Shown here piece by piece: positions 49,054-58,659 of a stretch of 64,000 nucleotides of DNA. The DNA comes from Candidatus Versatilivorator sp. (GTDB lineage Bacteria > Acidobacteriota > Terriglobia > Versatilivoradales > Versatilivoraceae), in NCBI GenBank assembly GCA_965207735.1, contig OZ242296.1, forward strand, positions 3,776,001 to 3,840,000, in the 5' to 3' direction. Both the position numbers and the translations under genes were made by a program. The notes under the pieces were generated by a model that saw nothing but the letters and a program-made list of their open reading frames with translations, was not told the origin of the DNA and made no database searches. How positions within the stretch are numbered: the first letter of the stretch is position 1; every line of letters begins with the position of its first letter.

Positions 49054-49086
49054 ACTGCGGGGTTGTTTCAGGCAAGGCAAGCGCGC

Positions 49087-50061
49087 ATGCACCGGATTTC
49101 TTTCCTCCTCTTGACAGCCTGCCTCTTCGTTTCCGGCGCTGCCGGCGCTGCCGAATCACCCCATTACCTGGAGGCCAGGCAGAGGTACGAAAACAAGGAG
49201 TACCTTTTGGCCATGCTGGCCGCGGAAAGGGCCGTGCAGGAGGACGGAGAGAACGCAGCACACCGTTACCTCTACGGCGCCGTCCTGGCTGAGCTGAAGC
49301 AGTTTTCGGATGCGGAATCCCACTTGCGAAAGGCCGTAACCCTGGACGGTCAAAACGCGGAGACCCTCTACCAGTTGGGGCGGGTCCTGCTGGAACAGTC
49401 GCGGCAAGCCGTCATCCGGCGAGGCATGAGCGCCGGGGTCAGGATGTCGCGTAGCGACACCGTGGACGCGGAGGGCTTGGCGCTGCTGGAGCGCGCCGTC
49501 AAGCTGGACGGCGGCCACCTGGCGGCTCGGGTCCGCCTGGGGCGCGCCTACACCGACCAGAATCGACACCTCGAGACGCTGGAGCAATTCCAGGCGGTGG
49601 CCGACGCCGATCCCCGCTATCCCGAGATCCACTCCTATCTGGCGGTGCTCTACCTGAAAATGGGACGGGTGATCCAGGCGATCCGGGCACTGCAGACGGA
49701 AGTCGAGTTCTACCCCGACAACGCCATGGCCCGCCTGGACCTGGGCGACCTTCTGTTGCAGTTGGCTCAGCCCAGGGTGGCTCTCCGGCACCTGCTTGCG
49801 GCCGAGCAGGAGAGCCCGGAAACCGCCGACCTTCACTACTCCCTGGCCAAAGCCTACCGAGCCCTGGACCAGCCCGGGAAAGCCCTGGCCTCGGCCCGCA
49901 AGTGCGTCGACCTGGCGCCCGAGGCGGCCGCTCCTCGCTACCTGTTGGCCCAGCTCCATCGCCGCAACGGCCAGCCCGATCTGGCTCGGCGGGAGCTGGC
50001 GACCGCGGAACGGTTGAGAAGCCGGCAGGCTGCCACCTATCGTCCTCCCAAAGCTGATTGA
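49087..50061 (+). CDS. Secreted TPR protein (insert-bearing)
   Basis: Signal peptide; YLEARQRYENKEYLLAMLAAERAV. Confidence 0.88.
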   Translation: MHRISFLLLTACLFVSGAAGAAESPHYLEARQRYENKEYLLAMLAAERAVQEDGENAAHRYLYGAVLAELKQFSDAESHLRKAVTLDGQNAETLYQLGRVLLEQSRQAVIRRGMSAGVRMSRSDTVDAEGLALLERAVKLDGGHLAARVRLGRAYTDQNRHLETLEQFQAVADADPRYPEIHSYLAVLYLKMGRVIQAIRALQTEVEFYPDNAMARLDLGDLLLQLAQPRVALRHLLAAEQESPETADLHYSLAKAYRALDQPGKALASARKCVDLAPEAAAPRYLLAQLHRRNGQPDLARRELATAERLRSRQAATYRPPKAD

Positions 50062-50082
50062 TCCGCCTCAATGGGTCTTTGA

Positions 50083-51264
50083 TCAGTCGGAGGGCGGCAC
50101 GACCCGAATCCAGTGATCCGCAAAGGCCGAATGGGTCATGAAACCGGTCTCTTGGGGCATGTGACAGCTCACGCAGTCGTTGTTCGATTGGGGGCAGGGG
50201 ACGGCGAATCCGACCTGGCTGCCGTGGCAGCTCAGGCAGTTGCGATCGAAGGAGCCGGCCAGATTCTCGTGGGGGTCGTGGCAGGTGGTGCACTTGAGGC
50301 GGCCGCCGCTCTCGTTGTAGCAGCGACTGAGCACCAGCCGCTCGGCCGGGAAGCGGACGCTGTGATCCATGGCCATGGCATGGCCCAGAGCTCTCAGGTC
50401 GGCTCCTCCCGGGGGGATCCCGTGGCAGGCGCCGCAGAAGTAGACTTGCTCCAGGGCGCCCAGGCGGCCTGGATTGCCGATGCCGCGGGAGGGGTTGCCG
50501 CTGTCCTCGGCCATGGCCCGGATATGTTGCTCACCCGAGCCGTGGCAGCGCTCGCAGTGAACACCGGCATCCGCCGCCGGGATCGAGTCGGGAGGAGTGT
50601 TCTGGTTGCGGGTCATGTGGCAGCTCAGGCAATGGGCGCTCTCGTGCGGGTTCAACCAGCCCGCCAGGGCGTCGTAGGCATCGGCGGGGCGCTTTTCCAG
50701 CCCGGTGGTGACATCCAACTTCCCGATCTTCTGGTACCAGCTCACCCGGCTCTGCCCGAATGCACCCTGGTCGCTCCGGCCGATAAAGGTAATTCCCTTT
50801 CTGCCGGCTCCCACCCCCCAGAGCAGGCGCAGTCTCTCCTCCCGCGTTCCCATCCGGGCCACCAGGTCCACCCCCGTCCGTTGTGCCGAGGAGCGTTCGA
50901 TCCGATATCTGACCCCGCTGGCCCGGTCCAGGTGCTCGACGGGCAGCGCCTGCATCAGTTCCGGGAAGTCTTCCACTTTCATCATGGTATGGGCGTGATC
51001 GCTGGCCAGTTGCCTGGAGGCGATCTCGAGGTGACAGGCGGCGCATTGCCCGGCGCCGTTTTCGGCTGCATCGGAATCGGACGGGGAGGAGGTCGACAGC
51101 AGCGCGGCCGAAAGCGTCCCTGCCACCACCAGGACAGACAGCAGCAACGCCAGTGGTTTCCCGGACAGAGTCAATCGTTGCGGTCCAGTATGCGTTTCCC
51201 TGATAGGGTTGATTTTAAAAGGGTTGTCGAACATTTCCATTGCGTTTCGGCCAGACGCCGGCAT
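50083..51264 (-). CDS. Heptaheme cytochrome c, paralog 2
   Basis: CAACH, CLSCH, CERCH, CGACH, CTTCH, CLSCH, CVSCH; GAGRKGITFIG and FADHWIR shared with 40677. Confidence 0.9.
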   Translation of the reverse strand: MPASGRNAMEMFDNPFKINPIRETHTGPQRLTLSGKPLALLLSVLVVAGTLSAALLSTSSPSDSDAAENGAGQCAACHLEIASRQLASDHAHTMMKVEDFPELMQALPVEHLDRASGVRYRIERSSAQRTGVDLVARMGTREERLRLLWGVGAGRKGITFIGRSDQGAFGQSRVSWYQKIGKLDVTTGLEKRPADAYDALAGWLNPHESAHCLSCHMTRNQNTPPDSIPAADAGVHCERCHGSGEQHIRAMAEDSGNPSRGIGNPGRLGALEQVYFCGACHGIPPGGADLRALGHAMAMDHSVRFPAERLVLSRCYNESGGRLKCTTCHDPHENLAGSFDRNCLSCHGSQVGFAVPCPQSNNDCVSCHMPQETGFMTHSAFADHWIRVVPPSD

Positions 51265-51420
51265 CTTTCCGACCAGTCGCCATCATGGACAGGGGCGGAC
51301 CTTTTGTCAACCAAATCCAGGTTGCGCCGGACTAGCTCACCCGCTAAAGTAACCTGAGTGGAAACCGGCTCGGGCAGGGTCGTTCCAAGGGGGCCGCCCA
51401 TCGAAACGGAATCGAGGACG

Positions 51421-52473
51421 ATGATCGAGGACCGGAATCCTGCAGGCAATCCGACCGCCAATCGGCGTTGGGCGAATCCGCGGCGGGCGGGTGCTTTTCT
51501 TTGGGCTTTTGCCGGGCTCTTGGGCTTGGTGACGGTGGGCTGGACCCAGTCGGCCCACTACCGGGAAGCCCGGGAGCGGTTCGACAAGGGAGAGTTCCTG
51601 TTGGCCATGTTGGCGGCTCAGAAGGCCGTGGAAGAGGACGGCGACAAAGCGGAGCATCTCCACCTGTACGGCGCCGTCCTGCTGGAACTGAAGCAATACT
51701 CGGAAGCTGAACAGTATTTGCGGCAAGCCGTGGCTTCCGAGCCCGATCGGGCCGAGTTTCAATTTTCCCTGGGCGAACTCCTGCTGGCCCGGACCATGGA
51801 GGCGGCCATATTCAAGGAGACCCGCTCCGGCGTGGGCCAGCCCAGGATGCGGAACGTGGATCCCGAGGGGCTCAAGGCCCTGGAGCGCGCGGTTGCACTG
51901 GATCGCGGCCTGCTGAAAGCCCGCCTGCGGCTGGGCCGGGCCTACTATGACCTCAACCGGCACGACCTGGCCCTGGAGCAATTCGAGGCTATCGCTCGCA
52001 AGAATCCCCGCTATCCCTGGATCCATTCCTCCCGGGCGGTGGTGTACATGAACGCCGGCGCCATCGACTCGGCCGTGCAGGCGCTGCAAACGGAACTGCG
52101 GAATTATCCCGATCACCATTCCGCAAGGCTGGAGCTGGGAGAGGCACTGCTCAAGTCCGGCGACACGGCCCAGGCGGTCGAGCATCTGCTCCAACTCGAG
52201 GAGCAAGATATATCCCCGGCCGACCGCGTGTCCCTGAATCATTCACTCTCCAAGGCTTACCGGGATCTGGGCCAACTGGAGAAAGCCCTGGCTGCCTCCC
52301 GCCGGGCCTTGGAGTTGGATCCCGACTTTCCCGACGGTCACTACCTGCTGGCTCAGATTTACGAGCAAACGGGGCAAGCGGAGCTGGCCCGCCGGCAGAT
52401 GGATACCTTTCGCAGGGTCCAACGGGAAAAGCGACAGAGAACGCTGGGGCCCCTGCAAAGGGGAGGCCGCTGA
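51421..52473 (+). CDS. Secreted TPR protein (insert-bearing)
   Basis: YREARERFDKGEFLLAMLAAQKAV; TPR units. Confidence 0.88.
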   Translation: MIEDRNPAGNPTANRRWANPRRAGAFLWAFAGLLGLVTVGWTQSAHYREARERFDKGEFLLAMLAAQKAVEEDGDKAEHLHLYGAVLLELKQYSEAEQYLRQAVASEPDRAEFQFSLGELLLARTMEAAIFKETRSGVGQPRMRNVDPEGLKALERAVALDRGLLKARLRLGRAYYDLNRHDLALEQFEAIARKNPRYPWIHSSRAVVYMNAGAIDSAVQALQTELRNYPDHHSARLELGEALLKSGDTAQAVEHLLQLEEQDISPADRVSLNHSLSKAYRDLGQLEKALAASRRALELDPDFPDGHYLLAQIYEQTGQAELARRQMDTFRRVQREKRQRTLGPLQRGGR

Positions 52474-52480
52474 AATTCAT

Positions 52481-52508
52481 TTCACAAACGACGATTCGGG
52501 ACTATAAT
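52481..52508 (+). promoter_or_regulatory. Sigma-70-like promoter for the GWxTD-VWA genes
   Basis: TTCACA-N16-TATAAT. Confidence 0.5.
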
Positions 52509-52572
52509 TCTGAAGATCAATCAAACGTCAAGTTGGTAGTCTTGTCCCGAATGCCGTCCTGGCAGGTGCCTT

Positions 52573-54186
52573 ATGCAAAACAGATTTCTCGATCGCATCC
52601 CCACTCTTCTCCTTGTTTCGGTTTTGATCCTTGGCTGCTCCCTGACATTGCTGGCCAGGAAGAAGGGGGACAAACGGCGCGAAAAGTCTCTTCGAACCGA
52701 GACCTCCGACCGATACCTCAAGAAGTGGCTGGAGCAGGATGTCTTGTACATCATCACTCCCCAGGAGAAGACCGCCTTCGACCGGTTGCAAACGGACGAT
52801 GAGCGCTACCAGTTTGTGGAGCAGTTCTGGCTGCGAAGGGATCCCACTCCCGACACCATGGTCAACGAGACCCGCGATGAGCACTACCGGCGCATCGCCT
52901 ACGCCAACGAGCGGTTTCCCTCGGGCAAGCCCGGATGGAAGACCGATCGCGGCCGGATCTATATCACCTGGGGGCCTCCCGATTCCATCGAGACCTTTCA
53001 CGGTGGCGACATGACCCTTCGGGATTTCAATGAAGGGGGCGGGTGGTCGGTCAAATACCCACACATCAAGTGGCGCTACCGCCACATTCAAGGTCCCAGC
53101 CTCGGCGCCGAGGTCATCATCGAGTTTGTGGACCGTGGCTTGAGCGGGGAATACCGCATCGCCAGAGATCCTTTCGAAAAGGACGCCCTGGCCAATGCGC
53201 CCGGCTACGACATCGACCAGAAGCTGATCCTGGGCGGGGTGGAGCCGATCAGCCGCAACCGTTTGCCTGGAGGGCTGGATGTCAATCAATTCCACGCGCT
53301 CCAGAGCGAGAAGTTGATGGAGACGGTCGCCCTGGGGCAGGCTCCCAAGATCCGGTTCAAGGATCTGGAGACGGTGGTGGACACCAAGCTGTCCTACAAT
53401 CTCTTTCCCTTCGAGTTCAAGACGGACTACCTCAAGATCACCGACGATACCGTGCTGACGGCCATCACCGTGGCCATGAAGAACAGCGACATGACCTTCA
53501 AGCAGCAGGCGGGGGTCCACCAGGCCTCGGTCAACGTCTTCGGGCGCATCACCACCATCACTGGGCGCAGGGTGCACCTTTTCGAGGAACCCATCCGTCA
53601 GATGACCCCGGATTCCACCTACAAGGAAGCCCTGGAACGGACGTCTCTCTATCAGACCACCGTACCCCTGACCTCCGGCGTCTACAAGGTCGAATTGGTA
53701 TTGAAGGACATCAACAGCGGCGACGTCGGAACCGTCTACCGCAGCATTCGGGTTCCCAAGTTTCCCGAAGACCAGTTGGCCACCAGCAGCATCATCCTGG
53801 CGGACAGAATCGAGCCCCTGCCGGCTTATCAGGCCGCCGCCGGGCCCTTTGTACTGGGAGGCTCCAAGGTCTTCCCCAACGTGGCCGAGACCTTTCATCG
53901 AGCCGTGCCCATGCGCATTTACTTCCAGGTGTACAACCTGTCCGTGGACGAAGAGACTCAGAAGCCCTCGGCAACCATTGAATACATCCTGAAAAAGGGC
54001 GACCGGGAAATCCGCCGCTTCCGGGAGGGCAAGAGCGCAACGGAAGGCGCCCTGCGGCAGGTGACCCTGGCCAAGCTGTTTCCTCTGAACAACCTTCAAC
54101 CCGGCGACTACAGCCTGGTTCTGAACATCACCGATAACCTCGCCAACCGAACCGTATCGCCGGTGGCCAAGTTCAAGGTTCAGTAG
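52573..54186 (+). CDS. GWxTD domain-containing protein, paralog 2
   Basis: GWKTDRGRIYITWGPPD; KIRFKDLETVVDTKL identical to paralog 1. Confidence 0.92.
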   Translation: MQNRFLDRIPTLLLVSVLILGCSLTLLARKKGDKRREKSLRTETSDRYLKKWLEQDVLYIITPQEKTAFDRLQTDDERYQFVEQFWLRRDPTPDTMVNETRDEHYRRIAYANERFPSGKPGWKTDRGRIYITWGPPDSIETFHGGDMTLRDFNEGGGWSVKYPHIKWRYRHIQGPSLGAEVIIEFVDRGLSGEYRIARDPFEKDALANAPGYDIDQKLILGGVEPISRNRLPGGLDVNQFHALQSEKLMETVALGQAPKIRFKDLETVVDTKLSYNLFPFEFKTDYLKITDDTVLTAITVAMKNSDMTFKQQAGVHQASVNVFGRITTITGRRVHLFEEPIRQMTPDSTYKEALERTSLYQTTVPLTSGVYKVELVLKDINSGDVGTVYRSIRVPKFPEDQLATSSIILADRIEPLPAYQAAAGPFVLGGSKVFPNVAETFHRAVPMRIYFQVYNLSVDEETQKPSATIEYILKKGDREIRRFREGKSATEGALRQVTLAKLFPLNNLQPGDYSLVLNITDNLANRTVSPVAKFKVQ

Positions 54187-54335
54187 CTGTCCGAGCTTTG
54201 CCGCCAAGCTGCTGGAGAGTTCTTGTATCGGATGCGAGGTCGTGGCCGAATTTGGCCGCCCCACCTGCGCTTTGTCGGGGGTTTTCGGGTTCGGAATCGA
54301 AGCGCCGGACCTGATTTCGACTTGTGGGTGCTGAC

Positions 54336-57300
54336 ATGATCGCTACCGCCCATTCCCATTCATTAAGACAGAGCCTGAGTCTGGCAGGCCTGATCCTGCT
54401 GGCCTTGAGCCTGGGAGGTCCGGCCCGGTCCCAGCAAGCGGAGCCGGCTCAGGCCGATCCGGAAGGGGAATTCACCTTTCGCGTGCCGGTGGACGTGGTG
54501 GTGGTCAGGGCCATAGTCACCGATCGCGGCAAGCCGGTCACCGACCTCACCGCAGACGACTTTTCCGTCTTCGAGGACGGAAAGCCTCTTCCCATTCAAA
54601 GTTTCACCCGGGAGTCCTACGAGATTGTCCGATCGCATGAGCCTGAGAACGGCCGGCGGGAAGCGCTGGCCGCTGGAGCCGGTGCGGAGGCAACGCCGGC
54701 TCCGTCTGCCGGTCCCGCCTCGAGTCGGCCTCACTTCATCAGCCTGATGATCGACGACGTCACCTCGCCCTCCCACGGGGCCTTGAAGCGCACCGTGGAC
54801 GCCATCGAGAAGTTTGTGGAAGAACGCCTGCAGCCCGGCGACAGGGTGGCCCTGGTTACGGCCTCCGGCAAGTTTCATCAGCCCTTCACCGCCGACCGCG
54901 AGAGACTTCTCCAGGCGGTACGGCTCTTGCCCGGGAAGCTGAACCGCAGGCAACTGGTGAGATCCGACTGTCCGGCCATCAGCGATCTGCAGGCCCAGAG
55001 GATCTACAACGAAACCGATCCCCTGGCGCTGGAGACGGCCATTTCGGAGAAACTCTACTGCAATCAAATGGCTGCAGGGGGAGTCTTTGGCTCCAGCCAG
55101 GGGGGCGCCGACCAGAATCCCCGGGCATTCAGAGACACCAACCTGCTGAACTTCAACCTGACCCAGGGCAACTCGGAACAGCGGCAGCACGCCGAGGTGA
55201 TGGTCCGCGCCCAAGCCTCCCGCATCCACCGGGAGAACGACTACTGGAGCCGCAGCCTGCTGCACACGCTTCAACAGCATCTTGGCGCGCTCCAGCACTT
55301 CGAGGGCAGAAAGAGCCTGGTGCTGGTCTCCGACGGTTTTCTTGCCCAGCAACTCCGTTACGAAATGCAGGGCGTGGTTCATTCCGCGCTTCGCTCGGGG
55401 ACCATCTTGAGCACGGTCGACATGCGGGGGCTCTATACCACTTCCTACCGCGCTTCGGAAGTGGCTGCCCTGGCTACCGAGGCCACCCTGTCCCAGATGT
55501 CCATGCGGGTGGAGAATATGCGTGTGCAGTCCCAGCCCCTGGCCCAATTGGCCCTGGAAACGGGCGGGGTCCATTTCCGCAACAACAACGATCTCTTCGG
55601 CGGGCTGAAGCAGATTGCCGACAGCCAGTCCTTCTATTACGTGCTGACCTATGCCTCTCCGGCCACCGAATCGGACGGACGCTACCACCGGATCGAGGTC
55701 AAGGTCTCGCGTCCCGGTCTCAAGGTGACCCACCGCAAGGGCTACTATGCGCCCAGAGAGGACCCGACCTATATCGCACTCAAGAAAAGGGAAATTCTGG
55801 ATGCCATGCGGGCTCCCGGAAATCTGAACGAGGTTCCCATCCGCCTCTCCTACAACGCCTTCCCCGTCGGCGAGGACCGCTACCGGGTCGACGTCCTTAC
55901 CCGCATCGACTTCGGCCGGCTGCCCTTCCTGGAAGAGAAGGACCGCCAGACCAACCTGCTCCATCTGGTCACGGCGGCCTACGGGGAGAAGGGCGGTTAC
56001 CTTGGGGGGCAGGAGAAGCAGTTGGACTTGAGATTGACCCGGTCGGGCCGGCAGGAACTGGCGTCCCTGGGGGCGACTTCCAAATTCACCCTGGAAGCGC
56101 CGCCCGGGGAGCATGAGCTCAAGGCGGTGGTGCGCGAGAGTGTGGAGGCCATCATCGGCTCCGTCCAGGAAAGGATCGTACTGGCGAAACGCCTCCCTGC
56201 CGGGAAGCCCTCCGGCCCCAAGTACCGCCTGCTGGCTGCGCTGGCGGCTCCGCCTACTTCCTCCGCAATCCCGCTGAGCTTCACCACCTACACCTTCTAC
56301 CCGGAGCCCGACCAGGCTCTGGTTCGCTTTTCGGCCGAGGCGCGGCTGCCCGAGAACGGGGCCCCCGGCGCTTCGATGACGGAGCCGCTGCAAATTCTGG
56401 GAATGGCCCTGAGGGAGGATGGAGAAATCGCTTCCCTGTTTGGCAGCTCGGCCGGGGCTGACGATTCAGGCGGGAAAGTGAGGTTCGGCGGCCGGATGAA
56501 ATTGCCCCCGGGGCGTTACCGCATGAAGCTGGCCGTGGCCGATATTAGCGGAAGAGTGGGCGCCGCCGAGGACGAGCTGATCATACCGGCGCTGCCGGAG
56601 GATCGGCTGGCCACCAGCAGCCTGGTCACTACCCTGGAAATGCAGCCCTTTCCGCCCTCCGTGTTTGCGGTGCAGGCCAAGTTGAGCGACGAATTGGACC
56701 CTTTCATCCACCAGGGCCTCCAAATCCGGGCCCCGGCCTTGCGCCGTTTCAACCGTGGCCAACCGCTGATTGTCTTCTACAGGATTTACAACCTTGCGGC
56801 GGAAGACGGTCAAAGCCCCTTGATGGCCAGGGTCTCCCTGGATGGGGCAAGCGGAGGCTCCAAGGAGTTTCCACCGGTCCTGCTCAACAAGGGAGTGGAA
56901 GCCGCTACCCGGGGAGAAGCCGGTGTGGCTTTCCAACTTCCCACCGGAGACCTGGAGCCGGGCAAGTATTCTCTCGCGGTGGAAACGCGGAACGCTTCGG
57001 GCTCCCGAAGCGTCCTGACCCGTTTGGAGACTATCGAGGTTCTGCCGGGGAGAGTCGAGGCGGTTGCTTCCGTCCCGGAAGGGAACGGATCGACGGCTGG
57101 GAGCGCCGGCCTGAATCTGCCCAAACCGGGTGACAAGGACACACAGGAGGAGGTCGATTTGATGGCCATCGCCGGCGCCGAGGACCCGGCCCGGCAGGTG
57201 GGCTTGATCGAAGCCTTCCTGGCGCGGCATCGCGAGTCCGAACGGGGTCGAGAGCTGCGCCGCCAGGCCACTTGGCTCTACTGGCAGCTCAACCATTTTC

Positions 57301-57884
57301 AAAAGGCCATTGAGCATGGTGAGACCAGCTTGTCGGAATCTCCCTCCGATCCCCAGATCCTGACCATCCTGGCAACCGCCTATCACGCGCTGGATGAGCC
57401 TGCCAAGGCCATCCGCCGGGCCTCCAGGGCCGTTCGAAACCTGCGAGGCCTGGAACGCCCCGGCCATATGGACCAGGAGCGCTGGCAGTCCCGGATCGAC
57501 GGTCTCATGTCCCAGAACTACGCCTACATGGGGAGCTCCTACCTGTCGCAGTACGAGGCGGACCGGCGCGACGCCTCCAACCGGAATGCCGGGCTCAACC
57601 TTCAAAAAGCCCACCTCTACTCCTCCCGGGCGGTCGAGTTGGCTCCCCGCTCCGACTTCGCCCAGTTCCAGCTTGGCATCGTCTTCTGCGCCAGAAATCA
57701 GGTCGTGGAGGCCGTCGAGCCCCTGGCCAAGGCCGTGGTTCTCAACGGCCGCTTCGGCGAGATCGCTCGCGAGAACCTGGAATTGGTTTACCGGGCGATT
57801 CACCAAGGGTCTCTGGATGGCTTGGAGGATCTGCTGGCCCAGGCCAGGCTCGATCTGGCCAACGGCAAGCCCTCCTCCCTCTGA
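54336..57884 (+). CDS. VWA (VWFA-related acidobacterial) domain protein with beta-sandwich modules and C-terminal TPRs
   Basis: FRVPVDVVVV..VTD.GKPVTDLT.DDF.VFEDG, GRKSLVLVSDGF, LALETGG, YYVLTY...DGRYHRIEVKV...RKGYYAP. Confidence 0.9.
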   Translation: MIATAHSHSLRQSLSLAGLILLALSLGGPARSQQAEPAQADPEGEFTFRVPVDVVVVRAIVTDRGKPVTDLTADDFSVFEDGKPLPIQSFTRESYEIVRSHEPENGRREALAAGAGAEATPAPSAGPASSRPHFISLMIDDVTSPSHGALKRTVDAIEKFVEERLQPGDRVALVTASGKFHQPFTADRERLLQAVRLLPGKLNRRQLVRSDCPAISDLQAQRIYNETDPLALETAISEKLYCNQMAAGGVFGSSQGGADQNPRAFRDTNLLNFNLTQGNSEQRQHAEVMVRAQASRIHRENDYWSRSLLHTLQQHLGALQHFEGRKSLVLVSDGFLAQQLRYEMQGVVHSALRSGTILSTVDMRGLYTTSYRASEVAALATEATLSQMSMRVENMRVQSQPLAQLALETGGVHFRNNNDLFGGLKQIADSQSFYYVLTYASPATESDGRYHRIEVKVSRPGLKVTHRKGYYAPREDPTYIALKKREILDAMRAPGNLNEVPIRLSYNAFPVGEDRYRVDVLTRIDFGRLPFLEEKDRQTNLLHLVTAAYGEKGGYLGGQEKQLDLRLTRSGRQELASLGATSKFTLEAPPGEHELKAVVRESVEAIIGSVQERIVLAKRLPAGKPSGPKYRLLAALAAPPTSSAIPLSFTTYTFYPEPDQALVRFSAEARLPENGAPGASMTEPLQILGMALREDGEIASLFGSSAGADDSGGKVRFGGRMKLPPGRYRMKLAVADISGRVGAAEDELIIPALPEDRLATSSLVTTLEMQPFPPSVFAVQAKLSDELDPFIHQGLQIRAPALRRFNRGQPLIVFYRIYNLAAEDGQSPLMARVSLDGASGGSKEFPPVLLNKGVEAATRGEAGVAFQLPTGDLEPGKYSLAVETRNASGSRSVLTRLETIEVLPGRVEAVASVPEGNGSTAGSAGLNLPKPGDKDTQEEVDLMAIAGAEDPARQVGLIEAFLARHRESERGRELRRQATWLYWQLNHFQKAIEHGETSLSESPSDPQILTILATAYHALDEPAKAIRRASRAVRNLRGLERPGHMDQERWQSRIDGLMSQNYAYMGSSYLSQYEADRRDASNRNAGLNLQKAHLYSSRAVELAPRSDFAQFQLGIVFCARNQVVEAVEPLAKAVVLNGRFGEIARENLELVYRAIHQGSLDGLEDLLAQARLDLANGKPSSL

Positions 57885-57919
57885 CGGAATCTGCACCTGG
57901 CTGGCCAAGGATTTCCTCC

Positions 57920-58587
57920 CGCGACGCCGCGTTTGCCCCCCTCCGGATCGACTGCGGGCTGCGCCCTTGTCTCTCCGACTCCCCCTCAAGGGGGGAGTGA
58001 TACTTGAGGCCTGCACGGGGCTTCTTGCCCAATTCCGGGGCAGGATGTAAACCATGATTGCGGTTTAATGTGTGGACGATGCCCCCCCGGGAGCGCGGGC
58101 GTCCCGCCCGCATCCTTATTCCTGCAATCAGCCCGCGGTCCATGGCACTTCCCTACAGGGAGAGCACCACCGGGGACGCTGTTGAACACAAGCAATTCGG
58201 GAGCGCCCGATCAAAGTTATTCCAGTAATTCAACAACGTCCCCTACTCTCACCCTCGCGACGCCGCGTTTGCCCCCCTCCGGATCGACTGCGGGCTTCGC
58301 CCTTGTCTCTCCGACTTCCCCTCAAGGGGGGAGTGATACTTGAGCGCTGAACCAGGCTCATTGCCCGATTCCCGGGCAGGATGTAAACCATGTTTGCGGT
58401 TTAATGTGTGGACGATGCCCCCCGGGAGCGCGGGCGTCCCGCCCGCATCCTTATTCCTGCAATCAGCCCGCGGTCCATGGCACTTCCCTACAGGGAGAGC
58501 ACCACCGGGGACGCTGTTGAACACAAGCAATTCGGGAGCGCCCGATCAAAGTTATTCCAGTAATTCAACAACGTCCCCTACTCTCAC
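57920..58587. repeat. ~335-bp tandem duplication (57920-58252, 58256-58587)
   Basis: Two near-identical units, each with CCCCTCAAGGGGGGAG and the GGGAGCGCGGGCGTCCCGCCCGCA REP. Confidence 0.9.
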
Positions 58588-58659
58588 TCCGACACTGCCG
58601 GGAGAGAGGTGCTTTTTTGTATTGAGATAGTGCCCCGGGTGGCAGTCCGGGATTTCCAG

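Larger units (their letters stand above)
47395..49071 (+). mobile_element. IS110-family element with long 5' non-coding end
   Basis: Both junctions read GGTTGTTTCAG|RCAAG; subterminal inverted TGAAACAA (47444) / TTGTTTCA (49063). Confidence 0.8.
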
